From contig OZ076409.1 in assembly GCA_964187785.1 (NCBI GenBank), positions 14,572,001 through 14,636,000 on the forward strand: a DNA stretch of 64,000 nucleotides, written 5' to 3'. The translations under genes were made by a program, and so were the position numbers. Below are positions 61,201-64,000 of the stretch, piece after piece. Numbering within the stretch: the stretch's first letter is position 1; each line of letters begins with the position of its first letter. The DNA comes from Amphiscolops sp. MND2022. Its lineage: Eukaryota. The notes under the pieces were generated by a model, which was given only the letters and a program-made list of their open reading frames with translations, ran no database searches and was not told the origin of the DNA.

Positions 61201-62020
61201 TGAATGGAAAAATTTCAAAGACAGCGAGTCAGCGAAAAACAAAAGTCGCTGGAGCAGAATCGTTTCTCAATGGGAGAAATGTTTGTTTTCAGTCTTTAAA
61301 CGGTTGTTCAGGAAAAAACTCATGCACAACCGTGGTTTAACATTTATGGGTGGTCTTTGGGACCCACTAAGACCTGCCAGTTTTATTCACGCGCCACAAT
61401 AGTTCAAGCATTGCTGTTACATAATCCATTACATAATCCGTGTATCTATCCATCCGTGTGCGCATTCAATAGCAAATCAAAAGATTACTTTATCCAGTTT
61501 TTTGAAGGAAGCGAGTCAAATTTTAGACTTTTAGGTAAGCTCGAATTGTAAAATGATTATAGTGGGAGGGTCACCTTCAATTCCCGCTTTTTTCCAGCGT
61601 TTAATTGTTCTTTTTTATGATGTAAGGCGTGGTCTTCGACACATTTATGCCCGAGGCGATAAATTTCGTAATTGCATTGCAACTAATCGGTCATTTTATA
61701 GATGCATTAATTTAAAACAATCACAATTTAATCACGAAATGTCTTCATGAACGAAGTTGTTGGGGTGTTTTTTTCTGACGAAATACTTAGTGTTCTGAAT
61801 AATTGATACCAATCAGTTGAGAAGGAATTGGACAGATCTGAAGGTTAAGAAAACAAACGAAATTTGAAAGAAGGTCAAAAAACGAATGATAATAGTTTAT
61901 GAGCGCGAATGTATTGAAAAATAAGAAACAACAAGCTTTCTCTGTAACGTTTTTTCAAGCCATCAAGGCATGCTTGAAAAACTTGTTCGAAAGGATTGCA
62001 GAAAGTGGACCTTTCAGAGT

Positions 62021-62096
62021 GGAAACCATCATCTTAAAAAACAATATGCAACTGTAAGCGTCGGGCATGTTTTCTCGCGAAAAGCGCCGACAAAAA
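62021..62096 (-). repeat. 5'-end fragment of a Helentron/DINE-like element
   Basis: AAAGTGGACC...ACTGTAAGCGTCGGGCA...AAAAGCGCCGAC matches 47553-47613. Confidence 0.65.
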
Positions 62097-64000
62097 CATG
62101 GCGGATCTAGTCAGTACTTCGGTGTTTAAACCTTTGTCATTACTCTTTTACCTAAGCAGAAAGCTAATGAGGTGCATAGTGATAATAGATAGCGAGGACT
62201 GAGAGTTTGATAGGTGTTTTTTGGCACTTTCCGAAGCTTTTTGAAAATATTTATTTTCCGTTATTATGTTCCAAATTTATATCCAAGTTGAAGGGTTTCA
62301 CCCATAGAATTCAACTGACGTAAAATTAGTATCATGCGATATGCATTTGTAGAGATTGTTATTTTCCGCCCATATTTCATATGGGAAAGGAAAATATTTA
62401 AATCAAACGGGTTTTTTTTAAAAAAATTGCCAAGAATTAATTTCACCGAAACTAAGTTTAACTTTAGGGTGTTACCTATAGAATTCAACTCACATAAAGT
62501 TCGCTTGGTGCGATATGTATTTGTGGAGAGTTGTCCGGAGTTCGATAACAGCCAATGACTCCGAATAGTTAAAAAAATCAACGTCTTCGTTTTTATACAA
62601 CCGATGTCTACTTTTTAAATTGTTTTGGAATCAGAATGATGGTACACGTTCAGCAAAGATTGAACTCATACTTCTGTCGGCTTTTAAAGAAATGTTTGCA
62701 GACTTCGGTTGAAAAAAGGATCAAAGTTGACAGCAAAAAGTTGAAAATGTTAAAATTTTTGTCGATTCCTGGCATTTTCAGTTAATTTTAATTTGAGATT
62801 GGAACGTTTTGGTAAAATAAAAGCTTCAAAGAGCTCCAGATGATAAAACTAGATCCACAGCACGTTTTTAAAAGAAAAATTTACGTATTTTATGGCAGAG
62901 AGTTTCTTCAGAATGACCGAAAATTGCAAAAGTTGAGAACTTTCAAGTTTTTTAAAATTGTAGTATCCAGTAGGCAATTTTAAAGGTATCATAGCAATTT
63001 TTTGTTGAAATTGGCCTCAGAGCACCCAAAATCCGTTGAACAAAAAGGCACGTTTTTTGACAAATTATTCCCAATTTTTGTTTAAACCACAATTGCTCGT
63101 AGAATAGAGAACTTCCATTGACCCGAGCGTTAAAACAAAAGGGCATTCAAAACGTAAGTTGGAAAAAAAGTTGGCCGAAGTTCGTCGAGTTTACAACAAA
63201 GGTGTCAAAAGTTCTGATTTTCCTCAATTTCCGACTTTATAGTCCCACTTTTGGACACTTTCCGATAATTTATTTCAATCAGAAAACCCATAGGCTCAAC
63301 GTTGAAACGTGTAGCTACAGGTAGTGTTTCGAAAAGATATCAGACAAGTTTATTTGCACAACATGAACTTTAGTTGAAAACGTAAATTTCGACCTTATTT
63401 TTCGAACCTTCAGTATTCAATAAGCTCCAAGCAAAATCACTAGATACCGTGTAAACCTTCCAAAGAAAAACGTTTCGAGCTAGTAGAGTGTATTAGAATG
63501 GTCTAAGCATCCAACAACAACTAAAATCGGTGTCCAGTAGGCTTATTTCTGAAGAGACATGTGTAGATTTATGTGAGAAAAGTTCCTCAAATTGATCTCA
63601 CAGTTTCCGAAAGTATTTCCAATTTTTGACACTTCTGGTGGAACTATGTGCAAAAATACATCGAACTGGGACCGCTCAAGTTTCCTAAACTTGCAAATTA
63701 CCTAGTTTCAAGATTATACCATTTTTTCAGTGCCAAAAATTACCCCAAGAAAAACGTCTGAGACTCGAAGACCATTCTTTCCCCAACAGGAATCTCAAAA
63801 GCTAATTTTTTGATTTCTTTCAGTAAAAACCTTTGATGGCGAAACAAGTTTCAGCTCACAAACGACCTTTCTCATGCTGAAATCAGCTATGAAATCAAGG
63901 AGGTACCCTTCGACCAATTAAAAATTCCGGAAAGACGAACAGAGCCGAAAAAAACTCAAAGGAGGTATTTTCCACAATCAATAGGAAACCTCATCAGTTT

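Overview
AT-rich, repeat-dense eukaryotic (animal-like) DNA. I could not identify any host gene, and almost everything I can interpret is transposon-derived. The main feature is a young, apparently intact 13.85-kb Ty3/Gypsy LTR retrotransposon (18656-32502, minus strand). It has 3001-bp near-identical LTRs, a GAGAG target-site duplication (TSD), a tRNA-Asn-type primer-binding site (PBS) and a U-UUA-AAC -1 frameshift site between gag and pol. Its Pol carries a TARG1/OARD1-class macrodomain between RNase H and integrase. A second, disabled Mag-like Gypsy element (5483-11400) has a different unexplained insert at the same Pol position. The window also contains a head-to-head fusion of two LTR+PBS 5' ends, decayed LINE, Merlin and piggyBac-like coding remnants, Helentron/DINE-like non-autonomous elements (one nested array), several MITE families, tRNA-derived SINE heads and microsatellites. 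All family calls come from reading motifs by eye; no database searches were run.
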